The notes under the pieces were generated by a model that was not told the origin of the DNA, made no database searches, and saw only the letters and a list, made by a program, of their open reading frames with translations. A stretch of 64,000 nucleotides of DNA from Octopus sinensis. Lineage: Eukaryota. Of this stretch, positions 1 through 13,914 are shown piece after piece. The number at the start of each line of letters is the position of its first letter. Within the stretch, counting starts at the first letter, position 1. The stretch covers positions 60,016,001-60,080,000 of the forward strand of contig NC_043009.1 of assembly GCF_006345805.1 (NCBI RefSeq), read 5' to 3'. The translations under genes were made by a program, and so were the position numbers.

Positions 1-155
1 CCAGAAACAGCAAAGAACACCCTACAACAAGGCCAGACTAATGCAGCATAGAAACACTCTTCTACGCTCCCAAAAGACAATGTTGTGCGCAGCTCAAGAA
101 CATAAAGGTGTGCCTGGTGATGGAGTAGGACGCTGGCAAGGAACTGTGGAAAACA

Positions 156-219
156 TGTTGTTGTTGTTGATGATGATGATGATGATGAAGATGATAATGA
201 TGAGAATGATGATGACGAT

Positions 220-250
<31 letters not shown>

Positions 251-273
251 ATGATGAGGATGACGACGACGAC

Positions 274-312
<39 letters not shown>

Positions 313-364
313 GATAAATATGATGATGCCGACGGTGATGTTGACAGCGATGATGATGATAATG

Positions 365-460
<96 letters not shown>

Positions 461-465
461 TAATG

Positions 466-535
<70 letters not shown>

Positions 536-560
536 TAATAATAATAATGATAATAAAAAT
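156..560. repeat. Compound microsatellite (GAT)n grading into (AAT)n
   Basis: Direct reading; explains the poly-Met/Ile ORF 41..463. Confidence 0.95.
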
Positions 561-1071
561 ACTGATTATAGCAATAAAAACAGCAACCCTCTAATTTTCC
601 ATAATGATAATTCTAAAATTACAAAACAAGAGTATAAACAAATAAAAAAATTAATCGAAATAAATTAAATAATAAAAAAAAAAGCTAAGACATAAAAAAG
701 AGCAAAGACTGTTTCACTTGGTCTGAGTCCAATCTAATTAAGTATACTTTATAACTATTTCGGTCTAATATTGATCTGATTCGATTATATAGCGACAGTT
801 GTATTGTTGTTGTTGTTGTTGTTGTTGTTATTGTCATGGTTGTTGCTATTGCTGCTGTTGTTGTTGTTGTTGTTGTTAAGAGTTCGTTAGATTTCGTTAA
901 CACACCTCTGCTTCCAATCGTTCACCCATGCCAAATGTGGATGTATGGTTGTACGTATGTATAAATGTATGTATGAATGTGTGTGTGTGTGTGCGTGTGT
1001 CCGTGTGTCCGTGTGTCCGTGTGTGTGTGTGTGTCCGTGTGTGTGTGTGTGTGGTGTGTGTGTGTGTGTGT

Positions 1072-1107
<36 letters not shown>

Positions 1108-1266
1108 TGTGTGTACACACTCAGCCATAATTTTATCCGATTTATGCCCGTAACATATTTTCATATGTACAAATACAATGTTCATTCCTCGCTAATCACT
1201 TTTTGCTTCGTCACTCAAATTGCTTTTCTTGGCCAACGTAATATGTACGTATATATATATATATAT

Positions 1267-1300
<34 letters not shown>

Positions 1301-1358
1301 GCATCTATATCTATCTATATATATATGTATATATATATACATGTATGCATTTATGTGC

Positions 1359-1397
<39 letters not shown>

Positions 1398-1408
1398 CAT
1401 GTAATAAG

Positions 1409-1440
<32 letters not shown>

Positions 1441-2629
1441 TACATATGTATATATATGCACATATATAGATATATAAATACATATGTATATATGTATCTG
1501 TATGCATATATACACGTTTGCGAGTGTGTTTGTGTTTGTGAGTGTGTGTGTGTGTGTGTGTGCGCGTGTAAGTGTGTGCGCGCGTGCGCGTGAATTTTAA
1601 AAGAGTAAAAAAAAATGCAGAAAAATATATGAAAGAATGGAAGAGTAAAGAATTAATACTGGAAGCCCATCTCTACTTCTTCCTTCTTTAAAAACAAACC
1701 GCTTTCTTCATTACAATCAGTCGCATCCATTTTAAATTATTATGACTTCCTCATGTACATCTCCGCCTCTCACTCCTCCTCTTCTATTAGACTCTCTCTT
1801 TCCTTTTCTTTTGTTCCTCTTATCTGTGTTATACCTCCTCCTCCTCCTCAGAGTAGGTCGTGCGCATGATCACACAGACAAATATATATGCATGCATGTG
1901 TTTGTATGTATGTGTGTGTGTAATTGTATTTATATATATATGTATACATATATATATATGTATACATACATATATATATATGTATACGTATGTGTGTGTG
2001 TACATATATATGTTTGTATATGTGCATATATTTATAGATCTTTATACATGTATACGTATTTGCATATAAATGTATAGATGTGTGTGTGTGTGTGTATGTA
2101 TGAGTATGTACGCCTATGCGTTCGTGTTCGTGTGTCGAGTGGATAATATGTATATATACATATATGCGTCCACGCGTCCACACACATAATTCGATGAGTC
2201 TACACCTGACCTGTGATGGCAAAAATACATACAAAGGAAATCATTAGTTTGCATAAGATCATGTGAAATGAAAAGGAATATGACGTTTCGGAAATAATTC
2301 TTCGTCACAGAGCGAAAATATATTTCACTTGAGGGATTTAGATAACGCTGACAATGTAAAAGGACAGCATGAAGGTAAGTAAAGAGTGAGTAGGGGCAAT
2401 GTATGAAATAAAAAGACAAGAACTCACAGGTTTGAGCTGACCATGGAGTTGTAAACCAATAACTCCGCTGTTTCTCTCACTCATGCTACCAACCTCCTTT
2501 TCATCATTTGACCTTGCAAGTTAGTCCACTTCATAATTCTCTAAGTACCTCATTCTTTATAGCATTCTAATCAACAACAAAAACTGCGATCTTTGAAGTA
2601 TATTTTGTTGTGTGTGGGAGGGTAATTCC

Positions 2630-2824
2630 CTGTTAGTGGATCCGTGGAATAAGCTGCCGGACGAGATAGTGAAGATGCCAACGACCGCTCGGTTCAAAGT
2701 CTCTCTTGACCAGAAATGGCCTGAACTCTTTGCATGAACACCCTCCCTGTACATAAATCCATGTCCCCCTACATGGCCTTGCTTTTTGCTTTTTGAGCCA
2801 AAAAATTAACTTAACTTAACTTAA
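2630..2824 (+). mobile_element. CR1/L2-type LINE 3' end with (TTAAC)n tail
   Basis: Translates to DPWNKLPDEIVKMPTTARFKVSLDQKWPELFA*, matching the WNxLP...FK..LD C-terminus of CR1-clade ORF2. A short UTR and TTAAC repeats follow. Confidence 0.75.
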
Positions 2825-2983
2825 CACTCACCGGTAAAATTTCCACTCATTTATTTATTTTCTTTTAAATTTTCGTTGCGTCTCGCAACCTTTTTAACAG
2901 TCGTTGGCTCTGTCCGTTGAATAGTCAAAGATTATTTAACTTATTTTAAATAAGTAAATGAGTGGGAACTTTACTGGTGAGTG
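2825..2983. mobile_element. Tc1-like MITE, ~160 bp
   Basis: Imperfect ~35-bp terminal inverted repeats: cactcaccggtaaaatttccactcattta ... taaatgagtgggaactttactggtgagtg. The TA target duplication is degenerate. Confidence 0.65.
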
Positions 2984-3580
2984 TGTTAAATAATAAGGTA
3001 CTAAAAGGGAATGTCTCTCCCCAGACACATCAAAATTCTCGTAGTATTTTACAAAAATAAGTGCTACACAATTTGCACGAATGACGTTGTTTTATTTCGT
3101 TTTTGTTTTCTGTTTTGTTTTTGTATTTGGTTAGCAAGATTCTTGATGTCATCTCATGTGTTGGAATGGGTTTTGCTGTAATTCGGTAGGGTCGTTATGC
3201 TAATAATAAACACAGACAGATATGAAGCAGCCTTGGTTCGAATGGTGACAAATGTATTTGACAAACCTAGTTGATTGGTTGATTGACCGAAGGGGTGATA
3301 AAAAAATCTATTAGTTAATTAGTTAAATGTAAACTAATTGACTAATAATACTAAAAGAAGTGAAATAGAACCAGCACGTGTGTTTATCACTAGCGTAATG
3401 ACCCTCCCGAGATAAAAAATGTTATTTTACTCCGTTCATGTTCTCTTTTTGATAAACACTATTTTGTGTCCTATAGTCTATACTAATATTCTTAGGAGTC
3501 TTTGCAAGCAATTTGTTCTTACCCAAACCTGACACCACTAGTTTAGTCAGAAGATAATTTATTTTATCTCATTGAAAAAA

Positions 3581-3811
3581 GGCGGCGAGCTGGCAGAAAC
3601 GTTAGCACGCCGGGCGAAATGCTTAGCAGTATTTCGTCTGCCGTTACGTTCTGAGTTCAAATTCCGCTGAGGTCGATTTTGCCTTTCATCCTTTCGGGGT
3701 CGATAAATTAAGTACCAGTTACGCACTGGGGTCGATGTAATCGACTTAATCCCTATGTCTGTCCTTGTTTGTCCTCTCTGTGTTTTGCCCCTTGTGGGTA
3801 GTTAGAAATAA
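3581..3811 (+). mobile_element. tRNA-derived SINE family A (ggcggcgagctggcagaa...), single copy
   Basis: Multi-copy in the window; tRNA-like head with gttctgagttcaaattcc B-box. A 20-bp TSD aatttattttatctcattga lies at 3556-3575 and 3812-3831. Probably one of the published Octopus OK/OR families, but I did not verify which. Confidence 0.9.
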
Positions 3812-4264
3812 AATTTATTTTATCTCATTGATTATTATTAACACCGTAAAAGTTAAGTAAAATATATAGAAATGAAAGTATCTCAGAAATATTAGGAGTC
3901 ACTTTTCATTACTTATTTGTCTGGTGTTTCCTTTTTGTTTTTCTTTTAGCTAAAATTTAAAAGTATTTGTTTCATTTATGATTTAACTCAATCTTTCTTT
4001 TTGACATTTCTTTAGGGCTTGAAATACGTAAACCAAGCAAAACAAACACCACCCGCCCTTCACTGCTGTCCGGACTTGAGCGATATGTAGTGTTTCTTGT
4101 ATAAATAGTCAACGTGTCTTGTACTTGTCTGTTGTAATGCGATGACGTTTTATGAAGTTGTTTTTAACTTCGTATAACGTCATCACATTTTAATCGAATC
4201 GTTATACAAGTATATTTATGTTCGCCCTGTTATTTATATGCATACACAACACGCACACACAAAC

Positions 4265-4300
<36 letters not shown>

Positions 4301-4507
4301 CACCACACACACACACGCGCGCGAGCACACGCGTGTGTGTTAGCCTGTGCGCATGGTCTGTGAGTATCACGTAAAGCTGGAGATTGGAGGGATGACCTAC
4401 CCTGCAAACACTATACTGACACAAAGATGTTCTCCTGGGGCTAAAACAACAGTAACATCTCCTTATAGGACTGCCACATTCTGTTGGCAAATAAACTTTA
4501 CTATATG

Positions 4508-4550
<43 letters not shown>

Positions 4551-4615
4551 AAATAAAAATAATAAAAAATAATAATAATAATAATGATGATGATGATGAT
4601 GATGATAATAATAAT

Positions 4616-4661
<46 letters not shown>

Positions 4662-4669
4662 TAATAATA

Positions 4670-4837
4670 ATAATAATAAAGGGTAAAATTAATTAATGAT
4701 TAATAATTTTACCAGGTAGTTCGGCATGTTACAAGAACCATCATCGGTTAACTTAAATAAAAATTCTTATAATTATGAGTATAATTGTAATTAGGGTCAG
4801 CAAAAATTTGCTTCACCACATACCGAAAATTTAGGAA
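4670..4837 (-). mobile_element. (TA)n/(AAT)n-associated Penelope-like terminal fragment, family P1
   Basis: Homologous to 10725-10870 and 54365-54570. Shares the terminus gggtaaaattaattaat...accaagta with the 558-bp HHR repeat. Truncated by the gap. Penelope identity is inferred. Confidence 0.55.
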
Positions 4838-4937
4838 NNNNNNNNNNNNNNNNNNNNNNNNNNNNNNNNNNNNNNNNNNNNNNNNNNNNNNNNNNNNNNN
4901 NNNNNNNNNNNNNNNNNNNNNNNNNNNNNNNNNNNNN
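4838..4937. other. Assembly gap (100 N)
   Basis: Run of N. Confidence 1.
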
Positions 4938-4997
4938 CGGTTGTCAAGCGATGTTGGAGGGACAAACACAGAAACACAAACACACACACACACACAC

Positions 4998-5037
<40 letters not shown>

Positions 5038-5208
5038 CTTATATACGATGACTTCTTTCAGTTTCCGTCTACCAAATCCACTAACATGGCTTTGGTCAGC
5101 CCGAGGCTATAGTAGAAGACACTTGCCCAAGGTGTCACACAGTGGGACTGAACCCGGAACCATGTGGTTGGTAAGCAAGCTACTTACCACACAGCCACTC
5201 CGGCGCCT
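4938..5208 (-). mobile_element. CORE-like SINE family B (tggctgtgtggtaagaagcttgc...), truncated by gap
   Basis: Head gttccgggttcagtccc, CORE-like caccttgggcaagtgtcttc and an internal (TA)/(TG) microsatellite; multi-copy. Confidence 0.85.
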
Positions 5209-5373
5209 ATATAGTTAATTGTTGTGAGTTGGGAAGTAGAATATGAAGAAGATATTGCAAGTGAGAGTCGTCAATTGTCCCAACAAGACAGATCGGCCAT
5301 TACATGAGATGACAGAGCAAATAGCGCAGCAAGAATCAACATCGAGACTGGCTTAGACTTGACGTCGGCAGGT

Positions 5374-5432
<59 letters not shown>

Positions 5433-5589
5433 GCACCGCACGCACGCACGCAAGCATGCACGCGCGCGCAACACACACGAAGCTATTGAAGACGGAATTA
5501 TGGTTGGCATTAGAATTAAGTGCAAAATAACTAAATAAACAAAACACCACCGACAACACCACCACCACAATGACTACAGCTCGTGATGT

Positions 5590-6200
5590 CAGTAGTAGTG
5601 TTGTTGTTGTTGTTGGTGGTGGTGGCCACTGCTGCTACTGCTACTACTATTACTACTACTACTACTACTATTACTACTACTACAACTACCGCCACGGCCA
5701 CAACAGCTGCAAATAACCACGGTCGCCATTACCATCACTACTACTAACACCACCACCACCACCACCACCACCACCACCACTACCGCCACCACCACCACCA
5801 CCACAACCATCACCACAACCACCACCACCACCACCACTACCGCCACCACAACCACCACCACAACCATAACCACAATCACCACCGCCACCACAGCAGCGAC
5901 AACCACCACCATCGTCACGCCCACAACCACTACAACCATAACCACTACCTCAACCACCACCATCACCACCACCACCATAACAACCACGACCATCACCACA
6001 ACCACCACCACTACCACTACAACCATCACCACCACTACAACCACCACCAACACCACCACCACGACCACCGCCACAACCACCACCAACACCACCATCACCA
6101 CCACCACCACTACCACCATTACCACTACCGCCACCACAACAACTGCTACTACCACAACCACCGCTTCCACAACCATCTCCACCACCACCACCACCACCAC
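5590..6200. repeat. (CAC)n/(TAC)n compound microsatellite
   Basis: Direct reading; source of the poly-Val and poly-Gly ORFs. Confidence 0.95.
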
Positions 6201-6789
6201 CACATATACCCATATGATGCCGTCCATCACTACCTCAGTCTCTTCCTCCATCCCTGTCTTTAAAAAAGAATGGTAAGCTATAAATAGAACGGGATATTTT
6301 GGAGTAAATAATGGAGCGATTAGTTCCAGAAACGTTGTCTGAGTCCAGGAGTCTTTTTTGTTTCTGTTTTGGTTTTCTCTCTTTATGACTTCGTCACTGA
6401 ATTGTTGACGAACCAACAGAAACTTGTTCCATCCCAGAGCAGCTGCAACTGTTATTTGTTGGAGGTGATGGTCGTCGTCATCGTCGTCTTTCTTCTTCTT
6501 CTTCTTCTCCTCATCATTTTTCACCACCTCCTGCTCCTGCTCCTCCCCTCTTCCCCCTCCTCCTCCCCTTCTTCTTTTTTACTTCTTCTTATCCCCATCC
6601 TTCTCCTCTCCTGCTCCTGCACTTCCTCCTTCTTTTTCTTATCCTCTTCCTTCTCCTCCTCCTCTCCTGCTTCTGCTTCTCCTACTCCTCCTTTTCCTTT
6701 TCCTTCCCCTTCTTATTCTGATCCTTCTCCTCCTCTCCTGATTCTGCTGCTGCTGCTGTTGCACCTCCTCCTCCTCCTTCTTCCTGTAT

Positions 6790-6900
6790 GATAAAAAGTT
6801 TGCTTCCCATCCACACAGTTCCGGGTTCGGTCCCACTGGCGCCTTGGGCAAGTGACTTTTATCACTACAAATTCGGACCGGCCAAAGCCTTGTGAGTTTC
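6790..6900 (+). mobile_element. SINE family B, diverged 5' fragment
   Basis: cttccc..cacacagttccgggttcggtcccactggcgccttgggcaagtg. Confidence 0.7.
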
Positions 6901-7179
6901 TGCTAAACAAATATCTTGCCAATATACCCGATTATGGGCTCCTCTACTTCTCAAAGACAAGGCCCAAGCAAATGAAAAGAAAAACAAAATGCGTCTACGA
7001 GGTTCATTAGCTTGATAGAAGTAGCGGACAAATCTTCAAATCATCTTTAAATGTAAAGAACATATTTGAAAATATAATTTATTTTAGATATATTGTTTGT
7101 AAAGTGATGGAAGGTTATGAATACAATATTTTGAGCATAAATGTACTTGATCCGTGGTTGATTAGGACTAAGTATTAAT

Positions 7180-7846
7180 TCATTCTACTATAGGCACAAG
7201 AACTGAAATTAGATCGACCCCCAGTACGCAACTGGTACTTAATTCATCGGCCCCGAAAGGATGAAAGGCAAAGTCGACCTCGACGGAATTCGAACTCAGA
7301 ACATAAAGTCAGACGAAATACCGCTAAGCATTTCGCCCGGCGTTCTAACGTTTCTTATTTCTTTACTGCCCACAAGGGGCTAAATACAGAGGGGACAAAA
7401 AAGGACAGACAAACGGATTAAGTCGACTAAGATCCAAGTGTACGCATTTAACTTAGTTGATTATATCGACCCAAGAGGTACTTATTTGATCGACCCCGAA
7501 AGGATGAAAGGCAAAGTCGACCTCGGTGGAATTTGAACTCAGAACGTAATAGCAGACGAAATGCGGCTACGCATTTTGCCTGGAGTGCTAACGATTCTGC
7601 CAGCTCACCGACTTATTTCAGAAAGAATATTCTTTTCTACTCTAGGCACGAAGCCCGAATCTTTGCGAGAGAGGGTGCCAGTCGATTAGATTGACATCAG
7701 TACGCAACTGGTATTTAATTTATCGACCAGGAAAGGATGAAAAGCAAAGACGACCTCGGCGGAATTTGAATTCAGAACGTAAAGACAGACGAAATACCGC
7801 TAAGAATTTCGCCCGGCGTGCTAACGTTTCTGCCAGCTCGCCGACT
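7180..7846 (-). mobile_element. Cluster of ~3 SINE family A copies (two tail variants)
   Basis: Repeated gaaaggatgaaaggcaaagtcgacctcggcggaatttgaactcagaac blocks. Confidence 0.85.
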
Positions 7847-8034
7847 TAGTATTAATGAAACAACAATGATGACGACGACGACAATGACGTCGATGACGAT
7901 GATTTCCTTTTCTCTAAAGTACACATCCTTCTTCTTCGTAGGTTCATTTTTCCGTTCGTCTTCTCCACTGTTCTTTCCCGTGTACCTGGCGACCTCACTT
8001 AAAGCAGTCTGCGCAAATTCCTCTCATTCGGATT

Positions 8035-8253
8035 TCTTTTACTTGTTTCGGCCATTTGATTGCGTCCAAGCTGGAGAACTGCCTTAAAGAGTTTTAGTCA
8101 AAGAAATCGACTCCAGGACTTATTCTTTCAAAGCCTAGTATTTATTCTATCAGAGTTTTTTTGCCGAACCGCTAAGTTACAGGGACATAAATACACCGGC
8201 ATCGGTTCTCAAGCAATAGTAGTGGGTAGGGGGAACAAACACAGATATACACA

Positions 8254-8326
<73 letters not shown>

Positions 8327-8490
8327 ACACATACAACGGGCTTCAGTCAGTCTCTGTCTACCAAATACACCCACAAGGCTTTTATCAGCTCGAGGCTATA
8401 GTAGAAGACATTTGCCCAAAGTACCATCCAATGGGACTGAACCCAGAAACTTGTGGTTGGAAGGCTTCTTACCACATAGCCACGCCTGTA
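8035..8490 (-). mobile_element. SINE family B, near full length, internal (CA)n
   Basis: Homology to 16677-17078. Confidence 0.85.
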
Positions 8491-8671
8491 CCTATATGTA
8501 TTTTTTAAAATTCAATTCATTGCCCTCTTTTCTTTTCTCCAACAATCCAAAGTTTTTACATTACCATCCGCCGAAAATTGCAAAAGAAACCATGGAAACT
8601 GCTGCCACTCTAATGTGACTAAATAGAAGAGAATAAGTAGATAATATGCGAGGCTTACTGATTGGGATGGA

Positions 8672-9054
8672 AGCACTCCGTCGGTTACGACGATGAGGGT
8701 TCCTGTTGATCCGAATCATTGGAACAGCCTGCTCGTGAAATTAACGTGTAAGTGGCTGAGCACTCCACAGACACGTGCACCCTTAACGTAGTTCTCAGGG
8801 ATATTCAGCGTGACACAGAGAGTGACAAGGCCGGCCCCTTGAAATACAGGTACAACAGAAACAGGAAGTAAGAGTGGAGTGAGAGAAAGTTGAGGCGAAA
8901 GAGTACAACAGGGGTCGCCCCCCCCTGCCGGAGCCTCGTGGAGCTTTAGGTGTTTTCGCTCAATAAACACACACAACGCCCGGTCTGGGAATCGAAACTG
9001 CGATCCTCCGACCACGAGTCCGCTGCCCTAGCCACTGGGCCATTGCACCGCCAC
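8672..9054 (-). mobile_element. CORE-like SINE family C (ggaggcgcaatggcccagtggttagggcagcggactcg...), full length
   Basis: tRNA-like A/B boxes; homologous to 31392-31757 and 46184-46568. Confidence 0.9.
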
Positions 9055-9055
9055 A

Positions 9056-9310
9056 GCTTACTGATTAGGGTGTTGTACTCAAGATTTTAGGATCGTGGTT
9101 TCGATTCCTGGACCGGCTGGTGTGTTGTGTTCTACAATAAAACACTTCACCACACATTGCTTCAGTCCACTCGACTGTAAATGAGTTCCAGCAGTTGCTA
9201 GGCAGTTAACCTTGCAACGGGTTGATGTTCTATTCAGTGGGTGTTTTGTTATCTCAAGTCACTTATACGCTATGAGAACCACGTTAAGCCCCGACATTAT
9301 GCGTCCTTGG
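9056..9310 (+). mobile_element. Old diverged CORE-like SINE (family J)
   Basis: ggtttcgattcctggaccgg...gttgtgttc...aaaacacttca, similar to 34820-35140. Confidence 0.6.
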
Positions 9311-9922
9311 GCTCATGACAAACCTCAGTATAAGAAAAATAAGCAATGCAAGCGCGTGTTCATCTCAGTATGTAGAGTATAAACACTCACACTTATATCT
9401 CCCTCTTTGTGTTAGGTTAGTCTTTTTGATCCAGAGATAACCATTTTTCCCATTCATTTGCTAGTCTTTTGATGACTACGCCTCGCAGTCCCAGATGTAC
9501 AACTTGGCTCGCAGATACGACATGTAAAATATTTTATTGAGAAAGCCGGTTGTGATTCTACACGCATGCCTCTTTTGACGATTCTCCTGTTTGCCCAGCA
9601 TAGCTTAGATTTTTTCATATTGGTCTTTAGTTGGATTTTGAACCGCTTCTTTACCTCTCCATTAAAGATTTCCTTTGGGCATAGCTGGTCGTAAAAATTC
9701 CAACGGCGAGAGGGGTACATACGCACGTACAAACATACACACACTCTCGTATATATATATATCTTTAAATTAGAAAAAAAAACACCTTTTATCAATTCAA
9801 TAATGAAAAATTGAATTATACCATTTAGAAAAAATTCATCTTATAGAAAGAGTAAATATAAGATAAAACATTAACAATGATTAAGTAATGTGCAAAATAA
9901 TAAATAAAACGTATATATTTGG

Positions 9923-10013
<91 letters not shown>

Positions 10014-10039
10014 TGTGTGCCTGGTATCTTTATATATGT

Positions 10040-10232
10040 GTATCTCTGTGTATGTGTTTGTCCGCCTCGACCAGCGCTTGACAACCGGTACTAGTATGTT
10101 TACATCCCCATAACTTAGCAGAATATGTAGTGAGCTTAAAAATAAAATTAGTTGCGAGTTTGATTTGTGCAATTAAACCCTTCAAGGCGGTTCCTCAGTA
10201 TGTCTGAAGTCTAACGATTGAAACAAGTAAAA
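10040..10232 (+). mobile_element. SINE family B, diverged 3' half
   Basis: gcttgacaaccgg...gaaacaagtaaaa. Confidence 0.6.
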
Positions 10233-10268
10233 CTAATGTCCGTGAGTGCTTGTGTGCGTGTGTGTGTG

Positions 10269-10301
<33 letters not shown>

Positions 10302-10646
10302 GCGTGCGTGCGTGTGAGCCTATAATGGAAGGTCTCCACTGATCACTCCTCACTTCACCGCTCTACATTCACCCTAACCTTCAAAAACAACAACATAATA
10401 ATAACTAAATAACTCTCCACTTATCTATCGCGGTCTAATGTATATGAGTTGATTTCATCGATTATTACTTTTGAAAAGATTCTTATCTTCTCTTTGTCAT
10501 GTCTTGCGTAACGTTTTATATTCAAACCTTTTGATGCTTTGTGTGTATATATATATATGCATACATGTATGTATATGTGTGTGTAAGCGTACATGTATAT
10601 AAATATATATATTGTGTGTGTGAGTGTATGTGTGAAGCCAAGAGTA

Positions 10647-10688
<42 letters not shown>

Positions 10689-10724
10689 TAGATATATATA
10701 TTTATACAATATATATACAAAACA

Positions 10725-10870
10725 TAATAATAATAAAGGGTAAATTAATTAATCAGTAATAATTGATAATTTTACCAAGTAGTTCGGTATGTTAAAAGAA
10801 CCCTTATGTGTAACCTCGTACAAAATTCTATAATTATCAACATAATTATTTAATCATAGAATTTTTATAT
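10725..10870 (-). mobile_element. Penelope-like family P1 fragment beside (TA)n
   Basis: Homologous to 4670-4837. Confidence 0.55.
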
Positions 10871-10904
10871 ACATAACATACATATAGTGCATAATGTATA
10901 TATA

Positions 10905-10953
<49 letters not shown>

Positions 10954-10971
10954 TAGATATATATATATATA

Positions 10972-11009
<38 letters not shown>

Positions 11010-11026
11010 TATATATATATATATAT

Positions 11027-11100
<74 letters not shown>

Positions 11101-11522
11101 AATACACGCATATACGTGTTTCGTGATACTCAACCGCGATCAATATAAAACTTGACAATGTAAAATAAATTGCAATATAAAATAATGCATAGAACATAAG
11201 ATTTCACTCCAAGAAATATAATAGTTGGCACATTGTGACATATTAGAGTCGCACACACACGCTTATATCTACATACATGCATACAAATATATATTTATAT
11301 GTATTTGTTGGTGTGTGTGCGCGTGTGTGTTGTGTGTGTGGAAACAGAGCAACACATATACACATATTATACTACTCGCGCGTATATACTCACACATACT
11401 CCAAACAACATATGCGCTACACATATTTATGTATAAGTGCATATCATCTTGTACACTCACACACGTTTCTCTCTGCTTCTTGTTCTTGCTCCCCCCCGCC
11501 CCACTTTCTCTCTGTATGTGTA

Positions 11523-11593
<71 letters not shown>

Positions 11594-12745
11594 CTGTGTG
11601 TGCGTGTACGTACATGTTTGTGAGAATGTGCATAAAAACAGCCACAATATGCCAAATACGTCAACCATTATCTGTGGCATCATATTGCTGAATTTCTCTG
11701 GAATCCATTACACATTGTAATGTATCCTAACAGACAGATGTTACAAAAACTTCTCAATCTAAAGACGTAATTAAGAACTCTAATTATTGGTTTCTTCCAA
11801 TATTACGAAACCAAAAATGTGCAAGTGGAAGATATCGTCCATTGAATTGATTCCAAAAATATGGCTACTGCTTAATTTATCAACACTTCTGCCGGAGGGA
11901 TGAAAAGAGCCAAACCATTTTTTTCAGAATTCTCTGCAGAATTCTCCGACCTAAGGATATCAATCAGTCGTAGGAATATTCTTTCAATACGAAATTTCTG
12001 CATGGATACATACATTGTTGTAAAGACACATATTTAGAAAACCCTGGAAGACTACACTGAAATTACCCGAGTATATTACTGATACTCGATGCGCTGATAA
12101 AGGATGCTTTATTGAATCACATGGTGTGCTAGAAATAGTAAACAAATATACCTCAAACCAGCATCAGCAATAGCTGCTGCTGCAGTTGTAGCAACAATAA
12201 CAGCAGCTGCAACAATAACAACAGCGAATCAAAGTGAATGCCGATTTGTAGTTGCTCCACCGTCAAAGTGAATAGCATCCAAATGTGCCTACAATATACA
12301 TCGTACCACCTTGTACCAAGTGAAGGACATATGTTGATCAAACTGCCTGCTAAGAATGCATTATGTATGCAAATCGGTCAATCCGATTTAATTCGAAAGA
12401 AAGAGTAGTAAATAGATTCTCTGTTGATAGATAAAGAGAGCACGTAGTCTTGTTGATGTCCCAACACGAGATTGAAACTTGTGCGGTTGATTCATCTATT
12501 TATATCCACGAAGGTATTCTATGTAAAGACAGCATGTTTATACCTGCCTGTACATAGTGTTGGCTAAAATCTACAGATACATTCGATAATATAATTAAAC
12601 GATGATAATACATTGGGCGATAATGCTCTTCATACACTAGTAATTTATTAAACGAAATGGATATCAGAACTACGTTATGCACGCAAATAGGCCACAAATA
12701 CTGTATGCAAATAAGCCGTTAAATTGGGGGTGAATACTCACTTAC

Positions 12746-12880
12746 CGATAGAGAACTCAAACTTGTCTGACAGATACCTTTTTTTAAACTCTCACTAAGA
12801 TTCCCCCTGCCGCCATAAAGAAAGGAATTACACAGCTTCAATCCCTTTAATGAAAACAAATCTGCTCGACAAATGCCAAA
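12746..12880 (-). CDS. Candidate internal exon of an unidentified gene (FGICRADLFSLKGLKLCNSFLYGGRGNLSESLKKGICQTSLSSLS)
   Basis: 135 nt, acceptor ctatttatttccag, donor TCG|gtaagt. Only one frame is open (phase 0/0). No homology recognised. Confidence 0.35.
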
Positions 12881-13494
12881 CTGGAAATAAATAGCATTAA
12901 CGACTACTATAACAACAACAACAACGACCATAATTTGTTCCTAAAATCACTGACTTAGCTTGTAAGAAATTCTAAGTATATCAGATTCTAAGATACATTT
13001 CTTTTGAATATTCGACATCCGATGAGACATTCTCTGATTATTCCCCAATCGGATTTTTTTTTCTTTTTCGGTTGTCTTTGTAATCATTCCTGACAATCGA
13101 GATAAACAAGAGCGGGAAGAAAATTGGTTATTCGCTTCGTGTATTGAATATGTCTGAACAGATCATGTACTTTCCGTGGCCTACACTGCTTATATCAAAG
13201 CAGTGTAGACCAGACCACGTTGTGCTTGTTGTTGTTGCCGTCGTCATCGTCGTCGTCGTCTTTGTTGTTATTGAAGTCACTTAATCCCCGCCCACACCAA
13301 CAGACAAGGTATGAGCAATCGACCCCCTGATCGATATGCGTTGAGTAAGGCAAGCGGCATTCCACTTCGATACGCAACCTTAGATATGCGTAGAACATTC
13401 TTGTGGTTGTTGTTATCATTAGTATATCATTTAAATGTTCTTTAATTTCATACCCTAACCCCTCAATGAATATATATACCTTTACAAGTTTTAA

Positions 13495-13914
13495 GGCGGC
13501 GAGTTGGCAGAAACGTTAGCGCGCCGGGCGAAATGCTTAGCGGTATTTCGTCTGCCGCTACGTTCTGAGTTCAAATTCCGCCGAGGTCGACTTTGCCTTT
13601 CATCCTTTCGGGGTCGATAAATTAAGTACCAGTTACGCACTGGGGTCGATGTAATCGACTTAATACCTATGTCTGTCCTTGTTTGTCCCCTCTGTGTTTA
13701 GCCCCTTGTGGGTAATAAAGAAATAAATAGGTATTTCGTCTGTCGTTACGTTCTGAGTTCAAATTCCGCCGAGGTCGACTTTGCCTTTCATCCTCTCGGG
13801 CGTCGATTAGATAAATACCAGTTTCGCACTGGGGTCGATGTAATCGACTTAATCCCTATGTCTGTCTTTGTTTGTTCCCTCTATGTTTAGCCTCTCGTGG
13901 GCAGTAAAGAAATA
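13495..13914 (+). mobile_element. SINE family A, head plus 2 tandem body units
   Basis: Second unit restarts at ggtatttcgtc. Near-perfect TSD atatatac(c/a)tttacaagttttaag on both sides. Confidence 0.9.

Noticed and set aside
1-155. Possible LINE fragment at window start (MLCAAQEH resembles AAQEQ of R4-type elements)
   Set aside because: Too short and no other motif supports it.
2311-2374. 64-nt plus-strand exon candidate (SENIFHLRDLDNADNVKGQHE, donor AAG|gtaagt)
   Set aside because: Good donor but no compatible neighbouring exon or homology; within chance expectation.
4705-4755. CCGATGA-TGGT...GCC-GAAC hammerhead-like remnant in family P1 (also near 54430-54475)
   Set aside because: Core incomplete in every copy and stem I does not pair in register; at most a degenerate relic.
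6236-6450. Minus-strand open frame AALGWNKFLLVRQQFSDEV...
   Set aside because: Bounded by microsatellites, weak splice sites, no recognised domain.
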